This document shows positions 41,883-51,794 of a stretch of DNA of 64,000 nt, one piece after another; within the stretch, counting starts at the first letter, position 1; each line of letters starts with the position of its first letter. The notes beneath the pieces are model-generated. The model saw only the letters and a list, made by a program, of their open reading frames with translations. It made no database searches and was not told the origin of the DNA. The translations under genes and the position numbers were made by a program. The stretch is from a virus (Duplodnaviria; Heunggongvirae; Uroviricota; Caudoviricetes): the IMG/VR virus record IMGVR_UViG_2563366840_000001, one strand, 5' to 3'.

Positions 41883-42760
41883 ACTTCACCCTCGCTTGTA
41901 TCACCAGCGTCCACCAACGACAATAAAGCCCTAGCCATCTTATGAACCAACAGTGCATCAATAATGCCAAGCGTATGCCCCGGCTTAATGTTTAATGCTG
42001 CCTCAAGATGACACCTTTCCAGACCGCTTTTCTCGGCTTGTTTATGATGATATGGCGTAATAACGTCGCCCAAAACACGGCTAATTCTTTCTCGTAATTG
42101 CTGGGTGCCAGCACACTTGATCGCTGTATCGTGGAGACGGTTAACCAGTTCGCGATAAACATGCGGCTTAATGCGGATACGTTCACCGGTGACGCCCTTT
42201 CCTGGCGCAGGCACCGAACTATCCGGAATATCCGGATAGTTGCCAGCCAGTCTACGCAAAACAGCCTTAATTGCATCAATACGGTCATCATCAACTTTTT
42301 CTACAATATTGGAATTTAAATACTTCGAAGCCTTGCTATGCCAATCGCTGGTTTTAGGGTCTTGTCCATCCATCAAACGCCAAGCTTCAGCGATTAACTC
42401 ATAGCCAGTAACAGTGGCTTCCTGCGCATCACCAATCAGTTGTGTGATCTCTCTTTCAAGCATGCTTAGAGCGTTAGGCATTGGTTTTTCTTCCGGTACT
42501 ACTGGAACGGGGGGAGCGGCGTAGACCTCAATAATTCCATTATCAATAGGCCATTCTCCATCCTTGAGGTAGTCACTTGTGCCGTCAACTTGCTGTTCTG
42601 CAATGTGGAATGCACCTATTGGTTTTGCGTCCAGCGATGCCAGAGCAATTCGTGCCAGTTCTTCCGCTTCTTCTGCTGGCAGTACAACGTTGCTACCAGG
42701 TCCGTATGTTTCGCGCCACTGCTTGATTGTCAGTAGTCGCTCTTTGGTAATAGTGGTCAT
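41879..42760 (-). CDS. Hypothetical protein
   Basis: 293-aa ORF, overlapping neighbours by 4 bp. Confidence 0.65.
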   Translation of the reverse strand: MTTITKERLLTIKQWRETYGPGSNVVLPAEEAEELARIALASLDAKPIGAFHIAEQQVDGTSDYLKDGEWPIDNGIIEVYAAPPVPVVPEEKPMPNALSMLEREITQLIGDAQEATVTGYELIAEAWRLMDGQDPKTSDWHSKASKYLNSNIVEKVDDDRIDAIKAVLRRLAGNYPDIPDSSVPAPGKGVTGERIRIKPHVYRELVNRLHDTAIKCAGTQQLRERISRVLGDVITPYHHKQAEKSGLERCHLEAALNIKPGHTLGIIDALLVHKMARALLSLVDAGDTSEGEV

Positions 42761-43272
42761 GCCGCGTTTCCTTCTTTCTTATTAACAATTACACCGTCAT
42801 ATATTTCATTAAGGTGCCCTCTCAACTCCATGCGCCTTAATGCAGATAACATGTAATCGCATTCAACCTGCTTATTTCCAGTAAATGGCTTATCGTCAGG
42901 ATTACCCCAACAGCAATTACCCTTGGGCCACCCATGTACTTTCCGTACTCTTCCGTTAACAACGTGAAGTAATCCCCAGCCAGGTGGTAAATCCTCAATT
43001 GAAATAATTCCCGGCTCACTAATAAAGAATCGCCAGTCGCCCATTCCAAGAGACGGATTTTTACGAAAACGCTTTTTTCTATCTGCCAACAAGTCAGCAC
43101 GAGAACACTTCGCCTCTATCAGGCATGATGCTGAATTTCTGAATCCCATAGCATCTGGCTGTTCTCCGGTACTGGTTACAGCTATAAAGCGGTCATGAAA
43201 ACAAACCTTGAACCCGTTGCGCTTAAGGAACTTGTACGCAATCTGACAGAGTTCGCGGTGTGTTAACGCCAT
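42757..43272 (-). CDS. Putative PD-(D/E)xK-type nuclease
   Basis: 171 aa with D...EAK arrangement (DAMGF...IEAKCS). Confidence 0.5.
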   Translation of the reverse strand: MALTHRELCQIAYKFLKRNGFKVCFHDRFIAVTSTGEQPDAMGFRNSASCLIEAKCSRADLLADRKKRFRKNPSLGMGDWRFFISEPGIISIEDLPPGWGLLHVVNGRVRKVHGWPKGNCCWGNPDDKPFTGNKQVECDYMLSALRRMELRGHLNEIYDGVIVNKKEGNAA

Positions 43273-43273
43273 A

Positions 43274-43963
43274 TCACTCTCCTTTGATGCGAATGCCAGC
43301 GTCAGACATCATATGCAGATACTCAACTGCATCCTGAACCCATTGACCGCCAATCCCGTAATAGCGATGCGTAATGATGTCGATAGTTACTAACGCGTCT
43401 TGTTCGATTAACTTCCGCAGAAACTCTTCCAGGTCACCAGTGCAGTGCTTGATGACAGGAGTTTTCCCAGGATGGCGAACAACAAGAAACTGATTTCCGA
43501 CTTCACGGACTTCGTTGCTTTCCAGTTCTGCTATGCGCTTACTTCCATCCGCGATTACTCCCTCGTAATATTCACGCTGCTCGTTGAGTTTTGATTTTGC
43601 TGTTTCAAGCTCAACGCGCAGCTTCCCTACCGTTAGCGCAATATCCTCGTTCTCCTGGTCGCGGCGTTTGATGTATTGCTGGTTTCTTTCCCGTTCATCC
43701 AGTAGTGCCAGCACGGTAGCTGGACTGGCTGCTGCGATGAATTCAGCATTGGCCTGCTGTTCCATTTGGAAATCTTCATCGAAACCGCTTTCTGGATGCG
43801 CTCCTTCAATTCTGCAAATGGGAATATATCCAGCAACTTCACGATGAATTAGCGCATCATCACCATCAAATCGGCTCTCTCCATATTCGAGCGACCATAC
43901 ACCACACGTTGCTTTTTCTGCCTTTTCACGCAGTGCCTGATAGTCAATTTTCATACTCGCCAT
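43274..43963 (-). CDS. Ea22-like coiled-coil protein
   Basis: N-terminus IDYQALREKAEKATCGVW typical of the lambdoid Ea22/ead family. Confidence 0.55.
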   Translation of the reverse strand: MASMKIDYQALREKAEKATCGVWSLEYGESRFDGDDALIHREVAGYIPICRIEGAHPESGFDEDFQMEQQANAEFIAAASPATVLALLDERERNQQYIKRRDQENEDIALTVGKLRVELETAKSKLNEQREYYEGVIADGSKRIAELESNEVREVGNQFLVVRHPGKTPVIKHCTGDLEEFLRKLIEQDALVTIDIITHRYYGIGGQWVQDAVEYLHMMSDAGIRIKGE

Positions 43964-44595
43964 CCTTCACAGTTGTAATCACGACATCCTTCAAAATCAT
44001 ATGGGCTGTACTGCCAGGTAATTTTTCCGCAATGCGGACAATTCCAGCGCACCTTACCGCTTCGCGACTTTTTTCTTCTGTTTTGTTTTTTCAACCAGTC
44101 AGGTATGACCAAACCTGCGCCCTGAACCATTGTTCTGCGGTTAAAATTATTGATATTGAACGTCCGGCGCTTTGCTACATCGGCAATGGAAAATGGCAAC
44201 CAAACTATTCCTGGCTCGTTTTTGTTAGCGACGCTAAAGATGGTTGCTTTACTGAAGTCATCTGTTGGCAATCCACCGTGTTGAAGCCAGTAAACATCGT
44301 TGCCGTTCCAGCTACCTTTTTTGTAGGCCACATACGCAGTGCAATCTGACTCAATCAGGCTTTCTGTGGGGATGTACTGGCAATCAACGTGCCACAGAGC
44401 CATTGCATCCACGCTATCAGCGCAAACAGGCTGATCGATATCTCGTCCACAATTCCAGGCTTTTTGGGCTTCTTCCAGCGTGTAAACATGAGCGCGATCG
44501 ATATCAGAACTGTAACCATTGCCGTTATGGCAATGGAATGAGGCGTTATTACCCACAGTTTCACGCAAGCACATCATGTAAAAGCGGTTATTCAC
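43951..44595 (-). CDS. Hypothetical Cys-rich protein with C-terminal zinc-ribbon
   Basis: 214 aa; CPHCGK...C..C motif. Confidence 0.6.
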   Translation of the reverse strand: MNNRFYMMCLRETVGNNASFHCHNGNGYSSDIDRAHVYTLEEAQKAWNCGRDIDQPVCADSVDAMALWHVDCQYIPTESLIESDCTAYVAYKKGSWNGNDVYWLQHGGLPTDDFSKATIFSVANKNEPGIVWLPFSIADVAKRRTFNINNFNRRTMVQGAGLVIPDWLKKQNRRKKSRSGKVRWNCPHCGKITWQYSPYDFEGCRDYNCEGWRV

Positions 44596-44872
44596 TGGTT
44601 GCCTCCGCTTCCCACGTTTTCAGACTTTCACCACAGAACGGGCAAAATGAAACTCGAATAGGCGATTTAGAAAATTCACCAGACCGCAGCATGATCAGGT
44701 CTTGTGAATGAATTAATTCATGGTTATAGATTTTGTATTTCAGCAGACCTTTTCGCGTCGTGTATTCAGCGTCATGCTCCAGGGATTGTGCCAACGCCGC
44801 GCACGGTTCTATCTTGTTGCCATTAATTTGGCATTTTGACTCACTCACTGGTTGCCCCCTGAATACGCTCAA
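44588..44872 (-). CDS. Small zinc-ribbon protein
   Basis: 94 aa with CxxC...CPFCG. Confidence 0.55.
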   Translation of the reverse strand: MSVFRGQPVSESKCQINGNKIEPCAALAQSLEHDAEYTTRKGLLKYKIYNHELIHSQDLIMLRSGEFSKSPIRVSFCPFCGESLKTWEAEATSE

Positions 44873-45422
44873 ACTCTATTACCCACACCCAAGGATTAGC
44901 GTTCCAACTATCTTCGCCATAAATTGATTTCCATAGGCTAGGGAAACCTGGGTAATGCTTATCGCCAATGAGGGTCGATTCTGTTGGTGCGCCCTCAGCC
45001 CTTGCATCGCATTCGCTGATATCGTTCAACCGCTCAACGCGAACGTTGGTAATTTCCAGAAGAATGCGCGATGCCCAGCGCGGCATGTGAATTGATGGCG
45101 TCCACTTTTCTGATACTGGTTTATTACAAACCTCGACCGGAACCCGGTGCGTTTGTTCTGTCCAGGAGTTACGCACGCTTGCGCGATAAACCAGCGTTGC
45201 GACGTCCGTCGCTTTGCCATGTACCCGGTAGGTTTCGCGAACCCAAATACGATCGCCCGGTTGACCATATGGACAATGCTTGGCAAGCAACTCTGCGGCC
45301 ACTGCCCGTCCATAGAATTTTTCTTCAACAATCCTGCGAGTCTGTGTTTTATTCCCGCCAAGAATTGCCCGGACCATCTCATCGTTAAAAATCATGCCGC
45401 GCTCTTTCACTTCGCCTTTCAT
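44841..45422 (-). CDS. Hypothetical protein, ASCH-like N-terminal region
   Basis: 193 aa; GGNKTQTRR...IWVRETY segment resembles the ASCH fold signature (uncertain). Confidence 0.55.
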   Translation of the reverse strand: MKGEVKERGMIFNDEMVRAILGGNKTQTRRIVEEKFYGRAVAAELLAKHCPYGQPGDRIWVRETYRVHGKATDVATLVYRASVRNSWTEQTHRVPVEVCNKPVSEKWTPSIHMPRWASRILLEITNVRVERLNDISECDARAEGAPTESTLIGDKHYPGFPSLWKSIYGEDSWNANPWVWVIEFERIQGATSE

Positions 45423-45431
45423 GCATCCCCC

Positions 45432-45518
45432 TTACCCATGAGCGACGATGCCGCCAAAAGTGATAGAGAACAGCCAGAAATAGATCGCGGCCATAATGAT
45501 TTTGAATGCCGTGTTCAT
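45432..45518 (-). CDS. 28-aa hydrophobic micro-ORF upstream of the ASCH-like gene
   Basis: MNTAFKIIMAAIYFWLFSITFGGIVAHG with AGGAG SD; downstream of a C1 operator. Confidence 0.25.
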   Translation of the reverse strand: MNTAFKIIMAAIYFWLFSITFGGIVAHG

Positions 45519-45600
45519 ATTTTCAGCTCCTGTGATTGATTGGATACATGCCGCGCCTTGCGGCATGTTTTTATTTTCACTTTCTCTGTTTTAAAAATCA

Positions 45601-45617
45601 ATATTTATTAGAGCAAT
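45601..45617 (-). promoter_or_regulatory. C1 operator
   Basis: ATATTTATTAGAGCAAT, 16/17 to the reverse consensus. Confidence 0.7.
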
Positions 45618-46123
45618 TATTGTTGATGAAGAAGCGCGTTTTCATACTCCCTGACCATTAACGTAAGCACGCCGTGCCTCCTGAAAACACGCGCCACTTC
45701 AATCTTATCTTCCAGCGCGAACGCGATTTTACTTAGACCAATTTTCTTAAGGAGATCAATCTTTGCTGGGCCGTCATTTCTGTCATCGGTGGCAGGACGC
45801 ATAGATAGCAAAGGCTCAGCCCCATTTGTTACGTGCTTACGCAACCAAGCTCGTGTTTTATCCCTGGCTATCTCACAGCGCCCGGTTACAAACCAGAGCG
45901 TGTAAATGCTGGACAACTGGCGCACCATATCAATAACTGGAGTGATGGGAGCATCAGTGTCACAGGCAAGGTTAAACTCGTTCCAGTGCTCTGTTAATGC
46001 ACCTTTGCCAGGTGGTGGAAGTAAATGCAGCCTGTCTTCCGTTGCCTCTGATATTGTTCCATCAATATCAACTATGACGATATACGGACGTTCCTGGTGT
46101 GCGTGTTTATTGAAAATACTCAA
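45617..46123 (-). CDS. HAD-superfamily phosphatase (polynucleotide 3-prime-phosphatase-like)
   Basis: 168 aa with HAD motif I IVDIDGT. Confidence 0.6.
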   Translation of the reverse strand: MSIFNKHAHQERPYIVIVDIDGTISEATEDRLHLLPPPGKGALTEHWNEFNLACDTDAPITPVIDMVRQLSSIYTLWFVTGRCEIARDKTRAWLRKHVTNGAEPLLSMRPATDDRNDGPAKIDLLKKIGLSKIAFALEDKIEVARVFRRHGVLTLMVREYENALLHQQ

Positions 46124-46195
46124 ATGCCCTCCTCATTGGACGAAAAAAATGCTGGTGGGCGCACTCCACCAGCATTAAAAGTGACACTGTAACTG

Positions 46196-47458
46196 TCAGC
46201 GAACGTAAATAGTGCCGCCGTTCTCTTTTTCCCATGCATCGCTACGTGCATAGCAAACATCGAGAAGTCTTCTTGCCGCTGTTTCCTCTAAACCCAATTC
46301 GACAACCAACTGCTCATGACGGCGGGTAACCACATCAAACAGGGTATGCAGCCCTTTAGCTGCCAGATCATCAATAAATTCCGGTTCGAACGGCAGCTCT
46401 GCCTCTGCCAACATAACCTCTTGCGCCCACTCAACTCGACGGACCAGTTCCGGGCGGCGGCTTTCCATCTCTTTACAGATCAATTCATGGAAGAACTCTA
46501 CCCAACCTTCCGGCTGGAACTCGCGGAAAATGGCCAACGGCTGGAAGTTTGGCATCAACCATTCGTTGATCCGGATATCAATGGCATAGCCCATGTCGCA
46601 GCAGAACTGATAAGCAAAGTCCAGCTTAGAAACGATATAAGGACGCTCGTTATTGAACTCTTTAGGCGATGAGATCCCATAAGCCAGGAGGCGCGGGAAG
46701 AAGGAGATTTGCCCTAACGTCGGATGAAGTTTGCTTGCAGGGAAACGGCGCTCAGTAATGCCATACATTTCCTTCTTGAGCGTCGCAAATTTGGCATTCT
46801 CATTAACCAGCGCGGTAACCTCTGCTTTTTTATTAGCAAATGCCACGCGCGCCTCGCTTGCATCTTTAATAGTTTTTTTGAGCTGTTGGTTAAGGTCGGC
46901 AACCTGCTTACGCAGTTCCTGTCGCTCGCTTTTAGCTTTGTTATAGCGTTTCTCAAGGTTAAAAGGATCAAGTTTCATGATCTCTTTATATTGAGATTTT
47001 AGCGTTGAAATCTGTGAGTTCCGCAGTTCAACCATCGCGGTCATTTCATTGAGTTTTGTTTCCAGCTCAATGCTTATACGTTCGGCATTATCAGCACGCT
47101 GGTTGGCGTCATGCGTCGCATCGTCGATCGCGTCCTGTTGCTGGCGTTTCAAATGTTCAATTTCCAGCTGAAGCTCTTCAATTTCTTTACCCTTCAGACC
47201 GAGATCCAACTGCATATTTTCAGCTGCATCTACCAGGGAGTTATGGCTATCAGCTTCTGCGTTATAAACATCAATAAGCTGTGCGTGAAGCATCTCCGCT
47301 GACTGAACCGCATTATCAAAAAAACGCGCTGTGAGGTCATCACAACTAACGCGGCGTTGCGCGGCCCGGATGTTCTGGATAATGGCCGGGATACCGGCAT
47401 TCAGGACGTCAGGGATAGATACATTTTCGATTGATTGGTTTTGTGCTGAAGTGCTCAT
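46196..47458 (-). CDS. Hypothetical protein with N-terminal coiled coil
   Basis: 420-aa ORF; about 230 aa of heptad-rich sequence then a globular C-terminal domain. Confidence 0.65.
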   Translation of the reverse strand: MSTSAQNQSIENVSIPDVLNAGIPAIIQNIRAAQRRVSCDDLTARFFDNAVQSAEMLHAQLIDVYNAEADSHNSLVDAAENMQLDLGLKGKEIEELQLEIEHLKRQQQDAIDDATHDANQRADNAERISIELETKLNEMTAMVELRNSQISTLKSQYKEIMKLDPFNLEKRYNKAKSERQELRKQVADLNQQLKKTIKDASEARVAFANKKAEVTALVNENAKFATLKKEMYGITERRFPASKLHPTLGQISFFPRLLAYGISSPKEFNNERPYIVSKLDFAYQFCCDMGYAIDIRINEWLMPNFQPLAIFREFQPEGWVEFFHELICKEMESRRPELVRRVEWAQEVMLAEAELPFEPEFIDDLAAKGLHTLFDVVTRRHEQLVVELGLEETAARRLLDVCYARSDAWEKENGGTIYVR

Positions 47459-47459
47459 T

Positions 47460-47678
47460 TCAAAGTTCCGTATTAGCTTGTGCTTCGGTCATTTTTCCTA
47501 AGTATGAAGGAGGAAGGACGACGCAATTTGTATCCAGTCCCTCACCTATGGCAGCCTGTAAAATTCTGGCTAAGGTGAGTCTCTTATTGCGATACCTGGT
47601 GATGACATGCCTGATACCGCCGGTCGGCGTAACAAAGGCGATCAGCCAGTAGTGATATTTCCGTCGGAATGGCCACAT
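47460..47678 (-). CDS. Small protein, first gene after the C1-controlled promoter
   Basis: 72-aa ORF with AAGGTG SD directly downstream of paired C1 operators. Confidence 0.45.
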   Translation of the reverse strand: MWPFRRKYHYWLIAFVTPTGGIRHVITRYRNKRLTLARILQAAIGEGLDTNCVVLPPSYLGKMTEAQANTEL

Positions 47679-47692
47679 AGTGCACCTTATAG

Positions 47693-47709
47693 ATTGCTCT
47701 AATAAAAAA
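47693..47709 (+). promoter_or_regulatory. C1 operator
   Basis: ATTGCTCTAATAAAAAA, 14/17. Confidence 0.6.
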
Positions 47710-47740
47710 CGTGATGAGTGTACATCACGTTTTAAAAATA

Positions 47741-47757
47741 TGGAATTATTAGAGCAA
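47741..47757 (-). promoter_or_regulatory. C1 operator (inverted partner)
   Basis: GGAATTATTAGAGCAAT, 14/17; with the site at 47693 flanks the palindrome ACGTGATGagtgtaCATCACGT. Confidence 0.6.
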
Positions 47758-48116
47758 TATTATTCTGATTCTTGCTCAAAAAACGAGCTAATAAGGGGAA
47801 GCCAATCCTCTGACACTTCGCGAGGTCGCGGTTTGCCGTGGAAAAAGATTATTCGGCAGTCTTTTGGTAATGCCCCATTCCCCCTGGAGTAACGCGCGCT
47901 CGCATATTTCGAACCAGGTTCCACAACATCGGCCTTGTAACTTACAAACCATCCCGGATACAGATCCTGAAATGCTGGTGTATCATCACCCATAACCTTC
48001 CGCAAAAACCCCTGATCACCCCAGCATTCAGTAGTAACACAACGAGCAACCCAACCTTCCGGATCTTGCCAGAATGAACCGCCCCGGGTTTCCTGGAGAG
48101 TGTTTTATCTGTGAAC

Positions 48117-49007
48117 TCAGGCTGCCAGATCATCGTTTCCGATGGAAGCATAATAAGCTTTTTCTGCTTCTGCCGGAGGAGTATGGCCCAGCCTTTCCAG
48201 CAATCGTCGATTGTTATACCAGTCCACCCACGTGAGTGTGGCCAGTTCCACTTCTGCACGGTTTTTCCAGCTCTTACGGTGTATTACCTCCGCTTTGTAA
48301 AGACCATTGATGCTCTCCGCCATCGCGTTGTCATACGAGTCGCCTGTACTTCCTGTTGATGCCAGTAATCCGGCTTCCTTAAGCCGCTGTGTGTAGGCCA
48401 GCGATACATACTGAGAACCTTTATCACTGTGATGGACCGTGCCGGACGGTCGACGGGCCCATAACGCCTGCTCCAGTGCATCCAGCACGAATGTCGTTTC
48501 CATGGACGATGAGACCCGCCACCCCACGATGTATCCGGCAAACACATCAATGATGAACGCCACATAGACGAAGCCCCGCCATGTGCTGACGTAAGTAAAA
48601 TCAGCCACCCACAGCTGGTCAGGTCGTTCTGCCACGAACTGACGGTTTACGCGGTCGCCTGCGGCAACGGCTTTCCGGCTGATGGTCGTACGGACCTTTT
48701 TACCCCGGAGAACACCGGCAAGTCCCATAACCGCCATGAGACGTGCCACAGTGCATCTGGCCACTCTGATACCTTCCCGTAACAACTGACGCCAGACTTT
48801 ACGCACACCGTATACCTTGTGATTTTCATCGTATACGCGCTGTATCTCTTTCTTCAGCCAGTCATCGCGCTGCGCACGGGCACTGCGTTTATCCGGATGA
48901 TGTCGCTGTTGCTGACAGTGGTAATACGTTGACGGGGCAATATGCAGTTCGCTGCATAGCGGTCCGACCCCGTACTGCTCACGCAGCTTATCCAGCAGTG
49001 GCATCAT
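48117..49007 (-). CDS. IS3-family transposase OrfB (DDE catalytic domain), expressed by -1 frameshift from OrfA
   Basis: DDE integrase core; frame overlaps the orfA end at the A6 slippery sequence. Confidence 0.9.
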   Translation of the reverse strand: MMPLLDKLREQYGVGPLCSELHIAPSTYYHCQQQRHHPDKRSARAQRDDWLKKEIQRVYDENHKVYGVRKVWRQLLREGIRVARCTVARLMAVMGLAGVLRGKKVRTTISRKAVAAGDRVNRQFVAERPDQLWVADFTYVSTWRGFVYVAFIIDVFAGYIVGWRVSSSMETTFVLDALEQALWARRPSGTVHHSDKGSQYVSLAYTQRLKEAGLLASTGSTGDSYDNAMAESINGLYKAEVIHRKSWKNRAEVELATLTWVDWYNNRRLLERLGHTPPAEAEKAYYASIGNDDLAA

Positions 49008-49330
49008 TTTTTCCAGAGGCGGTCGAACTCCGCCTTCGCAAAATAAGCGGAAGCCTGGCGAAGGATATCGTTACTGCGGCGCAGTTCACGATTTTCACGT
49101 TCCAGCTCTTTCAGACGCTGACGTTCAGCGGTGGTGAGCCCTCCATCACCGCCCCCGGTATCCCGCTCATGCTGGCGAACCCAGACACGCAGAGTCTCCG
49201 GCGTACAGCCAATCTTTGGAGCAATGGAACAAATTGTCGCCCATTGTGAGTCATATTCGCTCTGACTTTCCAGAACCATACGGACTGCCCGTTGACGGAC
49301 TTCGGGGGAAAAACGAGTATTTTTAGTCAT
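49004..49330 (-). CDS. IS3-family transposase OrfA
   Basis: 108 aa with HTH and leucine zipper; ends WKK at an AAAAAA run. Confidence 0.9.
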   Translation of the reverse strand: MTKNTRFSPEVRQRAVRMVLESQSEYDSQWATICSIAPKIGCTPETLRVWVRQHERDTGGGDGGLTTAERQRLKELERENRELRRSNDILRQASAYFAKAEFDRLWKK

Positions 49331-49770
49331 CCTGTTTACCTCTTTCTCAGGAAGTTTAGTCTCCAGGATTCCCGGGGCGGTTCAGAATGCACTCCAGATA
49401 TGCGCTTTTACACTATTTGGTATCCACAGGGCACCGCTACCACGATATTGTGGATGGTAAAAATCCCTAAGCATGGTGAAGCTGGTTGGTGGATTCTCAA
49501 GGATTGGGCGTATATCACCGGCAATAACCGTGTCCAAATCCAGATAGAACAGATCATCGGTTATATCCGGTCGGAACAACTCGATTTTCGCCCACCAGCC
49601 ACGGCACTTTTGCCACTGGTTGATCAATGGGATAACTTTGACGCCAGGTACATGTAAACGCTTCAGGTCTGTCAGGCAAATAATTTCATAGCCTTTTGGC
49701 AGTTGATTAACCAGCCACTGCACATCGGAAGCGTTATAGTCACCACCAGAGCGAAGAACTAAAGCAATCT

Positions 49771-50463
49771 TCATGCTGCACCATCACCTTTCACTTTCAT
49801 CAATGTCAGGTTTCCGCAAAATACGGCACCAGTATCGATATAATGCTGATTCCAGAATGTCTTCGGGCTTTTCACCAGAGTGTGACCAAAGATAAAACGA
49901 TCTGCGCCCGAAATTTCGCCACCAATATCATCCATCGAATCACTGATACGCTCGCGCGCCCAGACAACGTTGAAAAGCGGCACCTCCTTACCGAATTGAT
50001 ATTCATTATCCGGATAGTCGGCATGGGCTATAACGATAGTTTCTTGCCCGGTGTTCAACTCAATGATATAGGGCAGTCGTCTTACCAACTCCACCAGCGC
50101 CCTGGCTAATATTTCCTGATCAGCGTCCAGCATGAAGAACCATTGACCGCCATTCATTAGCCAGTTATTCACGTTGCCATCAGGACTTAACGCATCAATC
50201 ATCAGCCGCTCATGGTTGCCCATAACCGCTCTGAACCATGGCATCTGCAATAGCTCCAGGCATTTAACATTTTCGGTGCCGCGATCGATAAGGTCGCCGA
50301 CCGATATCAGTAAATCCTGCGCAGGGTCAAAATCCACACGATGGAGTTCGGACATCAGTCTGGTGTAGCAACCATGCAGATCACCAACAACCCAGATATT
50401 CCTGTATTTGGTACCGTCGATACGGTGATAAATTGTGGGTGCCATCATGTATTCTTCAGCCAT
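49771..50463 (-). CDS. Ser/Thr protein phosphatase, calcineurin-like metallophosphatase
   Basis: Motifs GDLHG, GDLIDRG, GNHE. Confidence 0.85.
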   Translation of the reverse strand: MAEEYMMAPTIYHRIDGTKYRNIWVVGDLHGCYTRLMSELHRVDFDPAQDLLISVGDLIDRGTENVKCLELLQMPWFRAVMGNHERLMIDALSPDGNVNNWLMNGGQWFFMLDADQEILARALVELVRRLPYIIELNTGQETIVIAHADYPDNEYQFGKEVPLFNVVWARERISDSMDDIGGEISGADRFIFGHTLVKSPKTFWNQHYIDTGAVFCGNLTLMKVKGDGAA

Positions 50464-51071
50464 TCTTTAAGAGTCATCTGCGGAATACCTCCCATTTTCC
50501 CGCATGAAACAACGTCAATCTGTTCACGCGCAGACTGGAATAACAAAGGCAGGTGACTTAGATTTTTTGGCGTGCCGCCGGAGTGAACGCGTGGTTCTTG
50601 CGTAGCGTCAACGCCCACCAGGGCTACATGTTTGAATCCGATATGGAAAGCCAGGTTCAGAGCACCATATGCACTATTGCCACTGGCAATTTCATTCTCA
50701 TCTTCACAAAGGCCGAAATGTGCGGACCAGCGCCACGCCCACCACTCGGGAGAATTCGTATTTTTTGGCTCGATGCCGCGTTCAGCCACACGACGGAAGC
50801 ACAGAACGCCGTCTCTGACTTCACGTTCTTTAACATCGGGTAGTGCCATGCAATAACAAACACCACGGCGACGGCGGCCACGACCAACGCGCCGCATATT
50901 GTCTGGGGATGGATCAAGGGTGAAAAAATAAGAAGCGCGGTTAAGCCAGTCGATAGCCCCATTGACCGCTATAATCGGCACTCCGCGCGGCGCAACAAAG
51001 TTTGCGGCGCTTGGGCCACTGCCGACGATAATAACGCGATCACTGCCTCTAAATTTATTCTTGGGAAACAT
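50445..51071 (-). CDS. MptE-like (DUF115) protein, paralog 2
   Basis: N-terminal VIIVGSGPS...IIAVNGA Rossmann-like motif; overlaps the upstream paralog by about 100 bp. Confidence 0.6.
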   Translation of the reverse strand: MFPKNKFRGSDRVIIVGSGPSAANFVAPRGVPIIAVNGAIDWLNRASYFFTLDPSPDNMRRVGRGRRRRGVCYCMALPDVKEREVRDGVLCFRRVAERGIEPKNTNSPEWWAWRWSAHFGLCEDENEIASGNSAYGALNLAFHIGFKHVALVGVDATQEPRVHSGGTPKNLSHLPLLFQSAREQIDVVSCGKMGGIPQMTLKEWLKNT

Positions 51072-51631
51072 TGAATTGCACTGCTCCTACTTGCATTCAA
51101 AATATGTAAATCTGCGTGTTTTTTGCGGGTATCCAAGAACTGCTGTTGCCATTTTGAAATAGACACCTGCGTTGGATTCCGTAGGGCTTGAGGGTGCGCA
51201 CCATGCCAATGAAGGCCGTTTTGCAGAGAACAGTCATAGCCGACTAATACCACTACTTCAGCCCCTGATTCAGCAGCCAGACTGATAGCCTGCGCGCCGC
51301 TATTTACCCCTTCCGCCGGTCCACAATATCGCCTGTACTCCAACGAAAATGATTTCGCCGCCGCCAGGTTGGCTGTCACTTTGCGGAATCTCCCTCCCGG
51401 TATGGTGGAGCCGTATTGCTTCCACCATGACAAATCACCGGCGTATAAGGCATAAATGTCATCGAACATCTGCCAGGAATTGTTAACCGCGATGATTGAA
51501 CAGCCAGTTTTTTCTATAGCAGCACAGTCCTCACGAGTGAGTGACGGACCGCTACCGACACAAAAAACAGTCCTAGTCGCCCTGGGTGGTATGTTCATTC
51601 TCAGCTGCAAATTCAGCCTCCAGGCGAGCAT
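50969..51631 (-). CDS. MptE-like (DUF115) protein, paralog 1
   Basis: N-terminal VFCVGSGPS...IIAVNNS motif. Confidence 0.6.
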   Translation of the reverse strand: MLAWRLNLQLRMNIPPRATRTVFCVGSGPSLTREDCAAIEKTGCSIIAVNNSWQMFDDIYALYAGDLSWWKQYGSTIPGGRFRKVTANLAAAKSFSLEYRRYCGPAEGVNSGAQAISLAAESGAEVVVLVGYDCSLQNGLHWHGAHPQALRNPTQVSISKWQQQFLDTRKKHADLHILNASRSSAIQCFPRINLEAVIALLSSAVAQAPQTLLRRAECRL

Positions 51632-51794
51632 TCATTTCAGCGATTACAGGGTCCACTACAGCATCTGTTTCCTGTTCATTACGCGGCATGATCGATGCCA
51701 GCGATTCATAATTAGCCTTGGATGACACGATTATTCTCCCGATGTTAATGTGCGCTATATCAAATGGCGCATATGCGCTAATTAATTTATTATT

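Larger units (their letters stand above)
48075..49384 (-). mobile_element. IS3-family insertion sequence (IS629-like), 1310 bp, flanked by 3-bp direct repeat GAA
   Basis: Terminal inverted repeats TGAACCGCCCCGGG...CCCGGGGCGGTTCA; orfA and orfB with A6 slippery site; GAA on both flanks. Confidence 0.92.
47760..49774 (-). pseudogene. Gene disrupted by the IS3-family insertion (about 230 aa when rejoined)
   Basis: 130-aa N-terminal ORF (49382..49774) ends in a stop supplied by the IS terminal TGA; removing the IS and one GAA copy joins it in frame to the 81-aa ORF (47760..48005). Confidence 0.8.

Noticed and set aside
47680-47892. 70-aa plus-strand ORF next to the operators
   Set aside because: Overlaps the C-terminal fragment of the IS-disrupted gene on the opposite strand; no SD.
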